Positions 33,548-42,570 of a stretch of 47,800 nt of DNA are shown piece by piece. The notes beneath the pieces are model-generated. The model was not told the origin of the DNA. It saw only the letters and a program-made list of their open reading frames with translations, and searched no databases. The position numbers were made by a program, and so were the translations under genes. The stretch is from positions 1 through 47,800 of the forward strand of contig JBIOTT010000232.1 in NCBI GenBank assembly GCA_044866195.1, read 5' to 3'. Within the stretch, counting starts at the first letter, position 1. Every line of letters starts with the position of its first letter. This DNA is from Gemmatimonadales bacterium. GTDB taxonomy: Bacteria > Gemmatimonadota > Gemmatimonadetes > Gemmatimonadales > GWC2-71-9.

Positions 33548-34882
33548 GTGCGCCTCGTTCCCGTGATCGTCGCGCTTGTACTGCTGCGTCCCGCGCCCCT
33601 GTGGGGCCAGCACCTGCGGGATCAGCTCTCCCAGCTTTTCATCTTCGGGGGCGGCGACGAGCCGCTATTCCTTGGCGGCACCAGCGACCCGAACAACCCG
33701 CAGGCGATCCGCATCCATGGGTCGCACTTCATCCCGTCGGCCGTGGCCAGCAACGCCACGGTCATCTCGTTCCTGACCAACTCGATCGGCAGCAACGTCG
33801 CCAACTTGCCGGTGAGTGCCGCGAGCGGCGGCTCGACCTTCAGCTTCCAGGCCGGGGTCCCCGTCCGAACCTCGACCTCGACCGGGCCGATCTTTGCCGA
33901 GCGGGCCCAGACGTTGGGCCGCGGCCGGGTGCTGGCCACGGTCACCCGTAGCGGGGTGAACTTCAAGACGTTCCGCGGGGTAGACCTCGAAAATGTCAAG
34001 TTCACGTTCACCCACGCCAACACCGACTTCCCGGGGTGCGATGCGATCGCGGGCGGCGACTGCTCCCTGCTGGGCGTCCCCACACTCGAGAACGAGACGA
34101 TTGACCTAAATCTCGCGCTCAACGTGGATCTCACCGTCACGTCGTTCCTGCTTACGTACGGGGTCGCCGACCGGATCGATGTGGGCGTGGTCCTCCCGCT
34201 CGTCAGCACGTCGCTGACCGGGAACAGCGCAGCGCAGATCAACCCATTCGGACCGCCGCCGGCCGTGCACTTCTTCGGAGGAACGCGAACCAGTCCGGTG
34301 CTCACGGCCTCGCGTTTTGTCGAAGGCTCGACCACCGGCCTCGGTGACGTGCTGGCCCGGTTGAAGGTCAACTTGCGCCACGGCGACCCCGTCTCGCTCG
34401 CCCTCCTCGCCGACACCCGCTTTCCGACCGGGAGCGAGGAGGACCTCCTGGGCTCGGGCGCCTTTGCCGCGCGCGGGCTTGCCATCGTGTCGGCCCGCTT
34501 TGGCAACTTCTCGCCGCATGTCAACGCGGGCTATCTCTATCGGGGCGGGGATTTCGAGACCGACGCGGTCCTGGGCACCATCGGCTTCGACCACCTCCTC
34601 GCCCCGTGGGCGACCCTCGCGGTCGATCTAATCTCCGAACTCCAAGTGGGTGATAGCCCGCTGCAGCTGCCAGCTCCGGTCGAGATAGAGGCGCCCTACC
34701 GCCGCACGATCACGCCAAGCACGATCCCCGACCGACGGGACGATCTGGTCAATGGCTCGATCGGGGTGAAGCTCACCGCCGTTGCGGGCCTCACCTTCAT
34801 CGCCAACACTCTCTGGCCTCTCAACCGCGGGGGTCTCCGGCCGGACGTGATTTGGACGGCGGGATTGGAGTACAACTTCTAG
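33548..34882 (+). CDS. Exported putative outer-membrane beta-barrel protein
   Basis: Signal peptide, 'GPIFAERAQTLGRG', 'GLGDVLARLK', 'FPTGSEEDLLGSG', amphipathic beta strands, terminal 'GLEYNF'. Confidence 0.7.
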   Translation: MRLVPVIVALVLLRPAPLWGQHLRDQLSQLFIFGGGDEPLFLGGTSDPNNPQAIRIHGSHFIPSAVASNATVISFLTNSIGSNVANLPVSAASGGSTFSFQAGVPVRTSTSTGPIFAERAQTLGRGRVLATVTRSGVNFKTFRGVDLENVKFTFTHANTDFPGCDAIAGGDCSLLGVPTLENETIDLNLALNVDLTVTSFLLTYGVADRIDVGVVLPLVSTSLTGNSAAQINPFGPPPAVHFFGGTRTSPVLTASRFVEGSTTGLGDVLARLKVNLRHGDPVSLALLADTRFPTGSEEDLLGSGAFAARGLAIVSARFGNFSPHVNAGYLYRGGDFETDAVLGTIGFDHLLAPWATLAVDLISELQVGDSPLQLPAPVEIEAPYRRTITPSTIPDRRDDLVNGSIGVKLTAVAGLTFIANTLWPLNRGGLRPDVIWTAGLEYNF

Positions 34883-34887
34883 GAACG

Positions 34888-36603
34888 CTAGCGCACCTGG
34901 GTGATGCGCCAGCCGCCCGGCTCGCGCCGCAATGACACGTGAAAGGCGACCGGCTGTCGCTCGGTCTCCCGGGTGCTGCTGTTCAGGTACGTGTAGACGC
35001 CGGTCACCTGCGCCTCGGCTGTCCCGTTCGACACCTCCAGATTCGCCACCGAAAGCTGCGCCTTGACGTCGCGCACCGTCTGGAAGAACTGCTCCCATCC
35101 GCGCTGCTGCGCCGCCGTGATGGCGGGATAGATCCGGCGGATGTTGTTCACGTTCTGCGACTCGACCGCGTTCCTGTAGGCCGCGACCACGCCGCGGATC
35201 TCGGGCGCAGGGTCAGGAGGCGGTTGCGGGACCGGACGGGTGGTCTCCGCAGGCGGAGCAGGGGCCGGCTTGGCTTCCGGCAGCGGCGCGGGGGGCGTAG
35301 CGACGCTCTCTGGTGAAGGGGCCGGCGGCGGCGGAACCGGTTGTGCCCGGTCCGGCGCGGACCGTGACAGGGCTGGGACCGACTCGGGCTCGGTCGCTGC
35401 GGGCGGGGGCGGGGGGGACGTGGCGGGCGGCCCGCGCCGCGGTTTGGGCCGAGACGTCTTCACTGGCGGGGCCTGCTCCGGCTTCGGGACCACCGACTCC
35501 AGAGGTGAAGCGGCGTTGGGGCGGGTCGGAGGAGCCGGTGTCGAGTCGCGGGCGGGAGCAGCGCTCCCGGCTTCGACGAACGTAGCGTGGGGCGGAGAGC
35601 CGGAGCGGAAGCCACCCCGCTGCCACAGGAGCCCGCCGCCAACCAGAACGACGCCCAGCCCGGCCGCGGCCGACGCGGCAAGCACCCGGGAGCGGCGGGA
35701 AGGGGTGCTGCCGGTGGGCGTCACCACCACCGTGGTCGGGACCGTCCCGCCGCTCGGGGTGCTGATCGCATCGAGCACGTGCACGACCTCGCCTGCCGAT
35801 TGCGGTCGGTCAGCCGGCCGCTTGGCGAGGCACTGCATCACCAGCGTGGCGAGCATGGGCGGAACGGCCGGGCGCAGGCGGTCGATCGGGTCGGGTGCCT
35901 CGACCACGTGGGCCGCAAGTAGCGCGGTGGTGGCGCGGCCCCAGAACGGAGTGCGTCCCGCGAGCATTTCGTAGGTCATAACCCCCAGAGCGTAGATGTC
36001 GGCGCGGTGATCGACCTGCGGATCGCCGGATGCCTGCTCCGGGGCCATATAGGCGGGCGTGCCCAGCGCCACGCCCAGCGAGGTGAGGTGGGTCGCGCCG
36101 GCCTCGGTAGACGCGCTCACCGCCTTGGCGACGCCGAAGTCGGTGACCACCGCGACCCCCCCGGAGAGAAGCACGTTGCCGGGCTTCACGTCCCGGTGCA
36201 TGATGCCCTTCTCGTGGGCGTATGCCAGCGCGGAAGCCACGTCCCGGAGGATCCGGACCGTCTCGCTCACCGGCAGCTCGCCGGAGCGGGCGAGCTTCAC
36301 CCCCAGAGTCTCGCCGTCGATGAACGGCATGGTGAAGTAGGGCAGGCCGTTGGACTCGCCGGCCGACAGCAGCGGGACGATGTGAGGGTGCTGGAGCTGA
36401 GCCGCGAGTTGGATCTCGCGCCGGAAGCGGTCGACGCTCACGCCGGCAGCGAGCTCCGGGAGGAGCACCTTGACCACCACGCGGCGGCCGAGCGCGACCT
36501 CGTGCGCTAGGAAGACACGGGACATCCCGCCCCCGCCGAGCTCCCGCTCGAGACGGTAGGCGTCACCCAGGGTGGCTTGAAGCTGTTCGAAGAGGTTGCT
36601 CAC
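34888..36603 (-). CDS. Hanks-type Ser/Thr protein kinase with TM helix, Pro-rich linker and SnoaL/NTF2-like C-terminal domain
   Basis: 'LGGGGMSRVF', 'VVVKVL', 'HRDVKPGN', 'DFG', 'GTPAYMAPEQ', 'DIYALG'. GTG at 36603 is the probable start. Confidence 0.92.
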   Translation of the reverse strand: MSNLFEQLQATLGDAYRLERELGGGGMSRVFLAHEVALGRRVVVKVLLPELAAGVSVDRFRREIQLAAQLQHPHIVPLLSAGESNGLPYFTMPFIDGETLGVKLARSGELPVSETVRILRDVASALAYAHEKGIMHRDVKPGNVLLSGGVAVVTDFGVAKAVSASTEAGATHLTSLGVALGTPAYMAPEQASGDPQVDHRADIYALGVMTYEMLAGRTPFWGRATTALLAAHVVEAPDPIDRLRPAVPPMLATLVMQCLAKRPADRPQSAGEVVHVLDAISTPSGGTVPTTVVVTPTGSTPSRRSRVLAASAAAGLGVVLVGGGLLWQRGGFRSGSPPHATFVEAGSAAPARDSTPAPPTRPNAASPLESVVPKPEQAPPVKTSRPKPRRGPPATSPPPPPAATEPESVPALSRSAPDRAQPVPPPPAPSPESVATPPAPLPEAKPAPAPPAETTRPVPQPPPDPAPEIRGVVAAYRNAVESQNVNNIRRIYPAITAAQQRGWEQFFQTVRDVKAQLSVANLEVSNGTAEAQVTGVYTYLNSSTRETERQPVAFHVSLRREPGGWRITQVR

Positions 36604-36619
36604 CAGGTTCCGTGATCGA

Positions 36620-36638
36620 CCTAGATCCAAAATCTAGG
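36620..36638. promoter_or_regulatory. Palindrome upstream of the kinase overlapping a -10-like TAGATT
   Basis: CCTAGAT-CCAAA-ATCTAGG. The minus strand reads TAGATT at 36631-36636. Confidence 0.4.
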
Positions 36639-36684
36639 ACCGCGCCCGGTGGAAGGCCACTGGCACCCCTGGGCCCAAGCTCCC

Positions 36685-39144
36685 TCAGTAATCGTAGACG
36701 TGATCGATCGCCACTCTGCCGTCGCTCCCCAGCTCCGCGAGCAGAGGCAGCAGGCGCCGCACTGACGCACTGAGCCCGAACCGCTTGCGTGACGAGTCGG
36801 TGGGCAGCGGCAGCGCGTAGACTACCTCTCCAGTCGAGCCGGCATAGCGCCAGCCGGCCGGAGCCACGCCGGTGAGGAAGATCGTCCGATTGCCCGCGAT
36901 CTCCTTGATCCGAAGTGAGGTGGCCGACCGGGCGAGCTCCTGGAGCACGTCGCGGAAGCCATCGTATCGCGGGGTTGCGACCAGCGCGTGCACCGAGTCG
37001 AGCCGGGCCACGAACGACAACCGGGGATCGCGCCGTGCAAGCGTGTCGCTCCAACCGGCCACGACCAGCTGCATCCGGTCGTCTTCCGGCGTGTAGGCGA
37101 CGCGGGTGGCCGCCTCGATCAGTCCGGCATAGACCGCCTTGACCGCATACTCCAGCGACAGCATGAGCTTGCGCTCCCACTTCCGAATCAGGTGGTCGCC
37201 CCAGGGCGGCACGTCCCGCCACAGCCCCTGGAGCTTGGAGAAGAACCGGTACTCGTACCACGGGCGTAGGTGAATGAATCGTCCGTAGTCGGCCGCGACG
37301 GCGTACGCGTAGTGGTCCTCGTCGGAGAGGGCGTGGCCGGCGGTCCAGCCGCTGAGCCGCCCGATCGTATTCTCGTACAGCGCCTTGATCGTCAGCTCGA
37401 CGGAGTAGCTGGTGCCGATCACCCACAGCATGACCTGGTAGCCCCAGTTGAACGGGTACCGGTTCCGGGTGAGGGCGAGCGCCTCCCGGTAGTTCACCCA
37501 GTACTGGCCGATGGACTTGACGTAGGGGAACTCGGTGGGCACCCTGCGCTCGACATACGCGGCGTATTCCTCCGAGCTGTAGACGATGTACCACTCGGGG
37601 TGGGTCAGAAAGGTCTGGCCCTCATCACGCCGGTAACCTTTCGCCGCCGCCAGGCGGGCGCCGATCTCGGGCGCAAGCTCGGCCGCCGCAGGGTCCCGGC
37701 GCGGCGCGTAGTATTTGTCCCAGAGCTTGTTGCGAAACTTGTTGCCGGGGTCGAGCCGTGCCTTCAGTGCGAAGAACTCCGGGGCGCGCGGATAGGCTCG
37801 GAGAAACTGTTCCTCGGTCGCCTGCGGCTGATACGGCAGATAATAGGACCCGCCGACGCTCAGTGCGGCGTCCACCAGCTCCCGGGTCCAGGCGCCGACC
37901 TTCTCTCTGGCTGCAGGGTCCGTCCCCTGCTTGTAGTAGAGCACGAACGCAAAGACCTCGGTGCGAGCCCAGGCGAGGAGCGACCCGGGGTCCGGCTTAG
38001 CGTGGCGGATGGAGACGTTGATCACGTTGACCCGGTGACGATGCAGGACGTCCCGCAGCTTGGGAACGAACTCGTCGAACCGCTCGACCGGAACGAAGTA
38101 CTCCTGCAGCACATAGGTTGAGCTGGTGCGGGAGGCCGGCTCCAGCTCGGCGACGTCGTAGCTGGCTTCGTGGTTGCGCCAGCTCACCGGCTCGCCGGAG
38201 AAGAGCATCGGATCGATCAGCCGGTGCCGGATCGCCTTGCCGAACGGCCATTCCGAGATGATCCGGTAGACCAGCCGGTTGATACGATACGACCGCCCGG
38301 GTGGAATAAGCCGCTCGGGAACCGTCACCGGTTCCAGCGTGGACCAGTAGGTCACCGCGTTGACCCGGCGGTAATCGTCGGGGTAGAGGTCGGCGTTGTG
38401 GAAGACGGCGGAATCCGCGTTCCGGACCCGATCGAAGAAGTAGCGGCGGTACTCCTCCACCTGAATGACACGATGGCGGCGCTTCACCCTGATGTTGTCG
38501 GCCAGCTCGAGCGTCGCCTCGGTGATCACGCCGAGCCCGCCGTAGCCGCCGATCGCCCCGTAAAAGACCTCAGGGTTTATCGTCGGGGTCGCCTCGACCA
38601 GGGAGCCGTCCGCCAGCACCACTTTGAGCGACTTCACGGAGAGAATCAGCGGGCCGAGCCCTACGTAGCGCCCGTGCACGTTCACGGACAGCGAACCGCC
38701 CACCGTGAAGTTGGCGTACGTCTGCATGATCTTCACCGCCAGATTGGCCGAGTCGATGCGCTCCTGGATCTGGCGCCAGCGGGTCCCGGTCTGTACCGTA
38801 ATGGTCTTGCTGGCCGGCGAAAATTCCAGAATCCGGTTGAACCGTCGCAGGTCGATGTGCAGGGCGCCTTCGGTGGCGGTCTGGCCGCCCATGCTGTAGC
38901 GGCCGCCGCCAATGGAGATCGGTCCGGGGTGGCTCCGGACTGCCTGGACGATCTCGTCGGTGGTGGTCGGGACGATCACGCGGCTCACAGCGATCGGGTT
39001 GAGCTGGGTGACGTCGTTGACCGTCGGAGGTGGAGCCGGCCGTTCTACCGGCGTGCGAAGGACGCCCCACACTGACGCGCACAAGGTGAGCGTCAGGAGC
39101 AGGAGCAGGAGACCACCGAGCAGCTTGAGTGCGCGGATCACCAT
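36685..39144 (-). CDS. FAD-binding (FAD_binding_4/ALO/DprE1-like) oxidoreductase fused to an unknown C-terminal domain
   Basis: N-terminal hydrophobic anchor, 'SIGGGRYSMGGQ', 'TVGGSLSVNVHG', 'IGGYGGLGVITEATL', 'LQEYFVP', 'GGSYYLPY', 'LDPGNKFRN'. About 330 further aa beginning 'RRDEGQTFLTHPEWYIVY'. Confidence 0.88.
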   Translation of the reverse strand: MVIRALKLLGGLLLLLLTLTLCASVWGVLRTPVERPAPPPTVNDVTQLNPIAVSRVIVPTTTDEIVQAVRSHPGPISIGGGRYSMGGQTATEGALHIDLRRFNRILEFSPASKTITVQTGTRWRQIQERIDSANLAVKIMQTYANFTVGGSLSVNVHGRYVGLGPLILSVKSLKVVLADGSLVEATPTINPEVFYGAIGGYGGLGVITEATLELADNIRVKRRHRVIQVEEYRRYFFDRVRNADSAVFHNADLYPDDYRRVNAVTYWSTLEPVTVPERLIPPGRSYRINRLVYRIISEWPFGKAIRHRLIDPMLFSGEPVSWRNHEASYDVAELEPASRTSSTYVLQEYFVPVERFDEFVPKLRDVLHRHRVNVINVSIRHAKPDPGSLLAWARTEVFAFVLYYKQGTDPAAREKVGAWTRELVDAALSVGGSYYLPYQPQATEEQFLRAYPRAPEFFALKARLDPGNKFRNKLWDKYYAPRRDPAAAELAPEIGARLAAAKGYRRDEGQTFLTHPEWYIVYSSEEYAAYVERRVPTEFPYVKSIGQYWVNYREALALTRNRYPFNWGYQVMLWVIGTSYSVELTIKALYENTIGRLSGWTAGHALSDEDHYAYAVAADYGRFIHLRPWYEYRFFSKLQGLWRDVPPWGDHLIRKWERKLMLSLEYAVKAVYAGLIEAATRVAYTPEDDRMQLVVAGWSDTLARRDPRLSFVARLDSVHALVATPRYDGFRDVLQELARSATSLRIKEIAGNRTIFLTGVAPAGWRYAGSTGEVVYALPLPTDSSRKRFGLSASVRRLLPLLAELGSDGRVAIDHVYDY

Positions 39145-39161
39145 ATCGCCCAGGGGGTCAC

Positions 39162-39554
39162 GTGGTCAGAAAGCTCACCTTCGGGTTCGCCGTCCTGTTT
39201 GCCGTGGTCGTCGCCATCGGGTACATCCCCCAGTTCATTCGGGTCGAAGGCGATCAGAGGCTCCTGTTCGGCCTGTTTGAGCTGACGCTGATCGACGATA
39301 TCACCCACGGGGTCACCGCAGCTGCCGCGCTGGTAGCCAGCCTTACCTCGCGCAAGGCGTCGATCCTGTTCCTCACCGCGTTCGGCTTTTACTACGGGCT
39401 CGACGCGATCTTCTTTCTCACCTATGGGTTCTTCAACGAGAAGCCGTACAGCGCCGACATACTGCTCAACCTGCCCCACGTGCTGATCGCGAGCGTCATG
39501 CTCGGCGTGGCGTACCGCTGGGCGCCCAGGCTCGACCCGCAGCCGGCTACTTGA
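39162..39554 (+). CDS. Small 4-TM membrane protein (DUF4383-like)
   Basis: GTG at 39162 after AGGGGG. 'LLFGLFELTLIDDITH', 'FGFYYGLD', 'LLNLPH'. Confidence 0.75.
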   Translation: MVRKLTFGFAVLFAVVVAIGYIPQFIRVEGDQRLLFGLFELTLIDDITHGVTAAAALVASLTSRKASILFLTAFGFYYGLDAIFFLTYGFFNEKPYSADILLNLPHVLIASVMLGVAYRWAPRLDPQPAT

Positions 39555-40113
39555 GCCCCAGCTTCTTCCCGGCGGCGAGCAAACCGACCGCTTCGTCGAT
39601 GCGCCGGGCCCGAGTCGTCTCCCGCTTGGCTGCGGTGATCCACTTTACGTAGAGCCGGCGATATGACGGCGCAAGGCTCTCGAAGGTGCGCCAGGCAGCC
39701 GGATTGGCGCGGAGCGCCCGGCGAAAACGCGGCCGGCACCGCCGCCGACCGCGGCTCGCGCTCTCCCGCCTCGCGGGGCTCGACCGGCTCGGCGGGCGGC
39801 GCCTGGGCCAGGCCGGCCTTCGTCACCCGACCCTCTCGCAGCAGCTTGGCGAACCGGGCCCGGTTGAGAGCCGACCACTGGCTCCCCGGGCGCCTGGGCG
39901 AGAACCGCTGCGCGTAGTAGAACTGGTTTACCGTGCGAACCAGGCCGTCGATCCAGCCGAAACAGAGCGCCTCTTCCACGGCCGCGGCGTACTCCACCCG
40001 GGGTTCACCCGTGTGGCGCTTAGCATAGCGCAGCCACACCTCGCTGGCAGTGGCGTGGTGGGCGGAGAGCCAGGCGCGCCACGCCTCGCGGGTGGTCACG
40101 TGCAGGTCTCCAC
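39547..40113 (-). pseudogene. YdeI/OmpD-associated (OmdA) family gene with two single-base indels (pseudogene or sequencing error)
   Basis: 'REAWRAWL…AVEEALCFGWIDG…QRFSPRRPGSQWSALN'. Removing one A from AAAA at 39724-39727 restores 'FRRALRANPAAWRTFESLAPSYRRLYVKWITAAKRETTRARRI…KKLGLK*' (stop 39547-39549). Adding one base at 40105-40106 gives the start GTG-E-T-L-H-V-T. Confidence 0.8.
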
Positions 40114-40117
40114 CGGC

Positions 40118-41047
40118 TCAGGGTCCCTTCGGCTCCGGGTCCAGGAGCTCGCGGAATGGGATGCGATAGATGTCGCCCTTGCCGTTGCCGCCGACCCTGG
40201 GCCTGGTGCTGCTGAAGTAGAGCCACTCACCATCGGGCGAAACGCTCTGGTTGAAGTCGAGCGCCGGGGAATTGATCCCGTGCCCGAGCGCGATCGCCCG
40301 CTGCCAGACGCCATCGATGCGGCGGCTCAGGTAGAGATCGTAGCCTCCGACGCTGTCCACCCGTCCCCTTCCGCTGAAGATGAGATAGCTCCCGTCCGGC
40401 GCGATCCAGGGCTCGACTTCATGCCCCACCGTGTTGATCGAATCTCCCAGATTCTGCGGCTCCGCGTACCGGCTGCCGGCCCGGTGCGCGACCCACAGGT
40501 CCATGCCGCCGCGGGTGCCCGGCCGCTCGGACCCGAAGTACAGGTCGCCATTTGCCGCGATGGACGGGGACCACTCGTCAGTGTGGGGAAGGTTGATCGG
40601 GTGGGGCAAGCGCTGCGGTTCGTCCCATATGCCGTCCGACTCGAGCGACCCAGTCCAGATGTCGTAGGTCTCCTGCGGACCGGTCTCACAGTCGCTGGGA
40701 CGATTCGAGATGAAGTACACGGTGCCGCCGTCACCCGAAAGATGGGGGTCGGCGTTGCTCCATTCCCGCGCAAAAGCCGGCTTGGCCGGCGCGCTCCAGC
40801 GGCCGTCGCGACCTCGCCTCGTCTCGTAGATGTCGTATGCGGTGAAGGTGTCGTTGGCTCGGCAGAAGAGGACCCGTCGCTGATCCGGTGAGAACGCGAG
40901 GAAGAAATCCCAGGCGGCGGTGGTGAACAGGCCCGGGCCGAACAGTTCCGGCCCCGCCGCCGGTGGTGGCTCCGGCGGGGGAGGCGCCGGATGGTGGTGC
41001 GGGCCGCAACTTATCAGCACGGCCGTCAGCAGGAAGGATGCGCGCAT
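40118..41047 (-). CDS. PD40/TolB-like beta-propeller lipoprotein
   Basis: 'MRASFLLTAVLISC' lipobox. Repeats 'AFSPDQ', 'PHLSGDGGTVYFISNRP', 'PWIAPDGSYLIFS', 'VSPDGEWLYFSSTR'. TGATG overlap with the upstream gene. Confidence 0.87.
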   Translation of the reverse strand: MRASFLLTAVLISCGPHHHPAPPPPEPPPAAGPELFGPGLFTTAAWDFFLAFSPDQRRVLFCRANDTFTAYDIYETRRGRDGRWSAPAKPAFAREWSNADPHLSGDGGTVYFISNRPSDCETGPQETYDIWTGSLESDGIWDEPQRLPHPINLPHTDEWSPSIAANGDLYFGSERPGTRGGMDLWVAHRAGSRYAEPQNLGDSINTVGHEVEPWIAPDGSYLIFSGRGRVDSVGGYDLYLSRRIDGVWQRAIALGHGINSPALDFNQSVSPDGEWLYFSSTRPRVGGNGKGDIYRIPFRELLDPEPKGP

Positions 41048-41820
41048 CAGACCTTCAGGGCGTGGCCGATGTACTGGACTGACATATCGGGACTCTCTCC
41101 GATCCTCATCCGGGCCATCGCTTCCCGGTAGCTCAGGAATCCGCGCTTCCGCGCGCGGAGCGCACGGATTATCTCGAAGCCGCTGGCCCTGGCCTTCAGG
41201 CCCACCAGGCCCCGGGGGATCAGACGGTTGCGCTCCAGCAGGGCGCACAACTCCGCGGGACGGATGAACCGGTGCCAGTCGTGAAGGTCCGGCGGCATCA
41301 GGCTGGTGCAGCTCAATTCCTGGAGGAGAAAGATGACGGTCAGCCGGCTCGCCAGAGTGCGATTGATCGTGTCATAGAGGTACACGCCACCCGGCCGAAG
41401 AACCCGGGCCGACTCAGCGATAACGCGCCCAAGGTCGGTCACGTGCTCCAGCACGTCACAACAATAGACAACGTCGAAGCTGGCCTTCGCAAAGGGCAGC
41501 GCCTCGCCTTCGGCTGGCTGATAGGTGAGCCGGAGCTGCTGGCCCTGGGCATGGCGCCGGGCGATGGCCAGCGACGGGCGGGAGGGATCCACGCCGGTGA
41601 CCGAGAAACCCAGCCGGGCAAACTCCTCCGCCAGGAGACCGCCGCCGCAGCCGACGTCCAGGACGGTGAGTCCGGCCGGCATCAGTCGAAGCTCCTCCAA
41701 CAGCACCCGCCTCATATATCCGAAGCGAGCCGGATTGAGCGCCTCGAGCATGGAGAGGACGCCGCGCTCGTCCCACCAGCTTTGGGCAAGCCGGTCATAA
41801 ATCGTGTTGTCGATCGCCAT
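41047..41820 (-). CDS. ubiG: UbiG-like SAM-dependent O-methyltransferase
   Basis: 'WWDERG…LNPARFGY', 'VLDVGCGGGLLAE', 'CDVLEHV', 'LRPGG…TINRT', 'HDWHRFIRPAEL'. Confidence 0.8.
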   Translation of the reverse strand: MAIDNTIYDRLAQSWWDERGVLSMLEALNPARFGYMRRVLLEELRLMPAGLTVLDVGCGGGLLAEEFARLGFSVTGVDPSRPSLAIARRHAQGQQLRLTYQPAEGEALPFAKASFDVVYCCDVLEHVTDLGRVIAESARVLRPGGVYLYDTINRTLASRLTVIFLLQELSCTSLMPPDLHDWHRFIRPAELCALLERNRLIPRGLVGLKARASGFEIIRALRARKRGFLSYREAMARMRIGESPDMSVQYIGHALKV

Positions 41821-41970
41821 CGCGACTCTCTGGCACCGCTGCATTCTGCGGCGATGCTCTTGGGCCTTGCGCGACGTCCTCGGTTGCCCGCCAGCGGCCG
41901 AGCCCTGGGCGCAGCTCCAGCCCGCCCTTCATTGAATCGCACAAGCTACTGATCCGCAAGGGGTTATTGT

Positions 41971-42038
41971 GGTGGCCCTCAACCAGTGCTTCAGCCTGGC
42001 CAGGTGCCCCTCAACCGCGGTCCGCAGAGTGCCGATAC
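41971..42038. promoter_or_regulatory. Direct repeat plus sigma28-like box in a divergent intergenic region
   Basis: GGTG(G/C)CCCTCAACC at 41971 and 42003 (32 bp apart). TCAA-N16-GCCGATAC at 42011-42038. Confidence 0.35.
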
Positions 42039-42102
42039 GTCAGGTACGCGCGCGCGTTCCCCCGCCGGCGCTGTCGTGATTCCGAAACGATCAGGAGGCA
42101 GG

Positions 42103-42564
42103 ATGTCCGGTGGTACCGAACCGTGCAGCTCATACGCGCTGGGCCTGGCGGTCCTCGCCCTGACGGGCTGCTCGTCGTTCGCGCCGGCGGGGGACCATCC
42201 GATGAGCCCACCGTCGCAATATCGGGCGTGGTTCGAGAAGACCCGCGCCTGTTCCGGGCTCAGCGGCGACTTCGATCGGATCAAGTGGTTCGTGGTGGAT
42301 GGCGACGAGTTCGACTGCCCGAGCGGCAAGTGCGTCGGCCGCTGGAACGACGACCACAGCATCTTTATCGCGCGGGCGTACACCGAAAACGAGATGGTCG
42401 TCCGGCACGAGATCCTTCACGACCTGATCGGACACCCCGGCCACCCCGACCCGCCGTTCGGCAACCCCTGTCCGCTCACCTGGGCCACCTGGCGCGGGGA
42501 CGACACCTCGCCGGCTGGGTCGACGGGGCGGGTGGTGGCAGTCAAACGGCCGAATATTGACTGA
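42103..42564 (+). CDS. Small lipoprotein with HExxH zincin motif
   Basis: AGGAGG RBS, lipobox 'LAVLALTGC', 'VVRHEILHDLIGHPGH', four additional Cys. Confidence 0.72.
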   Translation: MSGGTEPCSSYALGLAVLALTGCSSFAPAGDHPMSPPSQYRAWFEKTRACSGLSGDFDRIKWFVVDGDEFDCPSGKCVGRWNDDHSIFIARAYTENEMVVRHEILHDLIGHPGHPDPPFGNPCPLTWATWRGDDTSPAGSTGRVVAVKRPNID

Positions 42565-42570
42565 ACTGCG

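Noticed and set aside
40099-40120. UGA (Sec) readthrough fusing the PD40 protein to the YdeI-like ORF, which is in frame
   Set aside because: No Cys-equivalent context or evident SECIS. A single-base deletion near the YdeI start explains the frame more simply.
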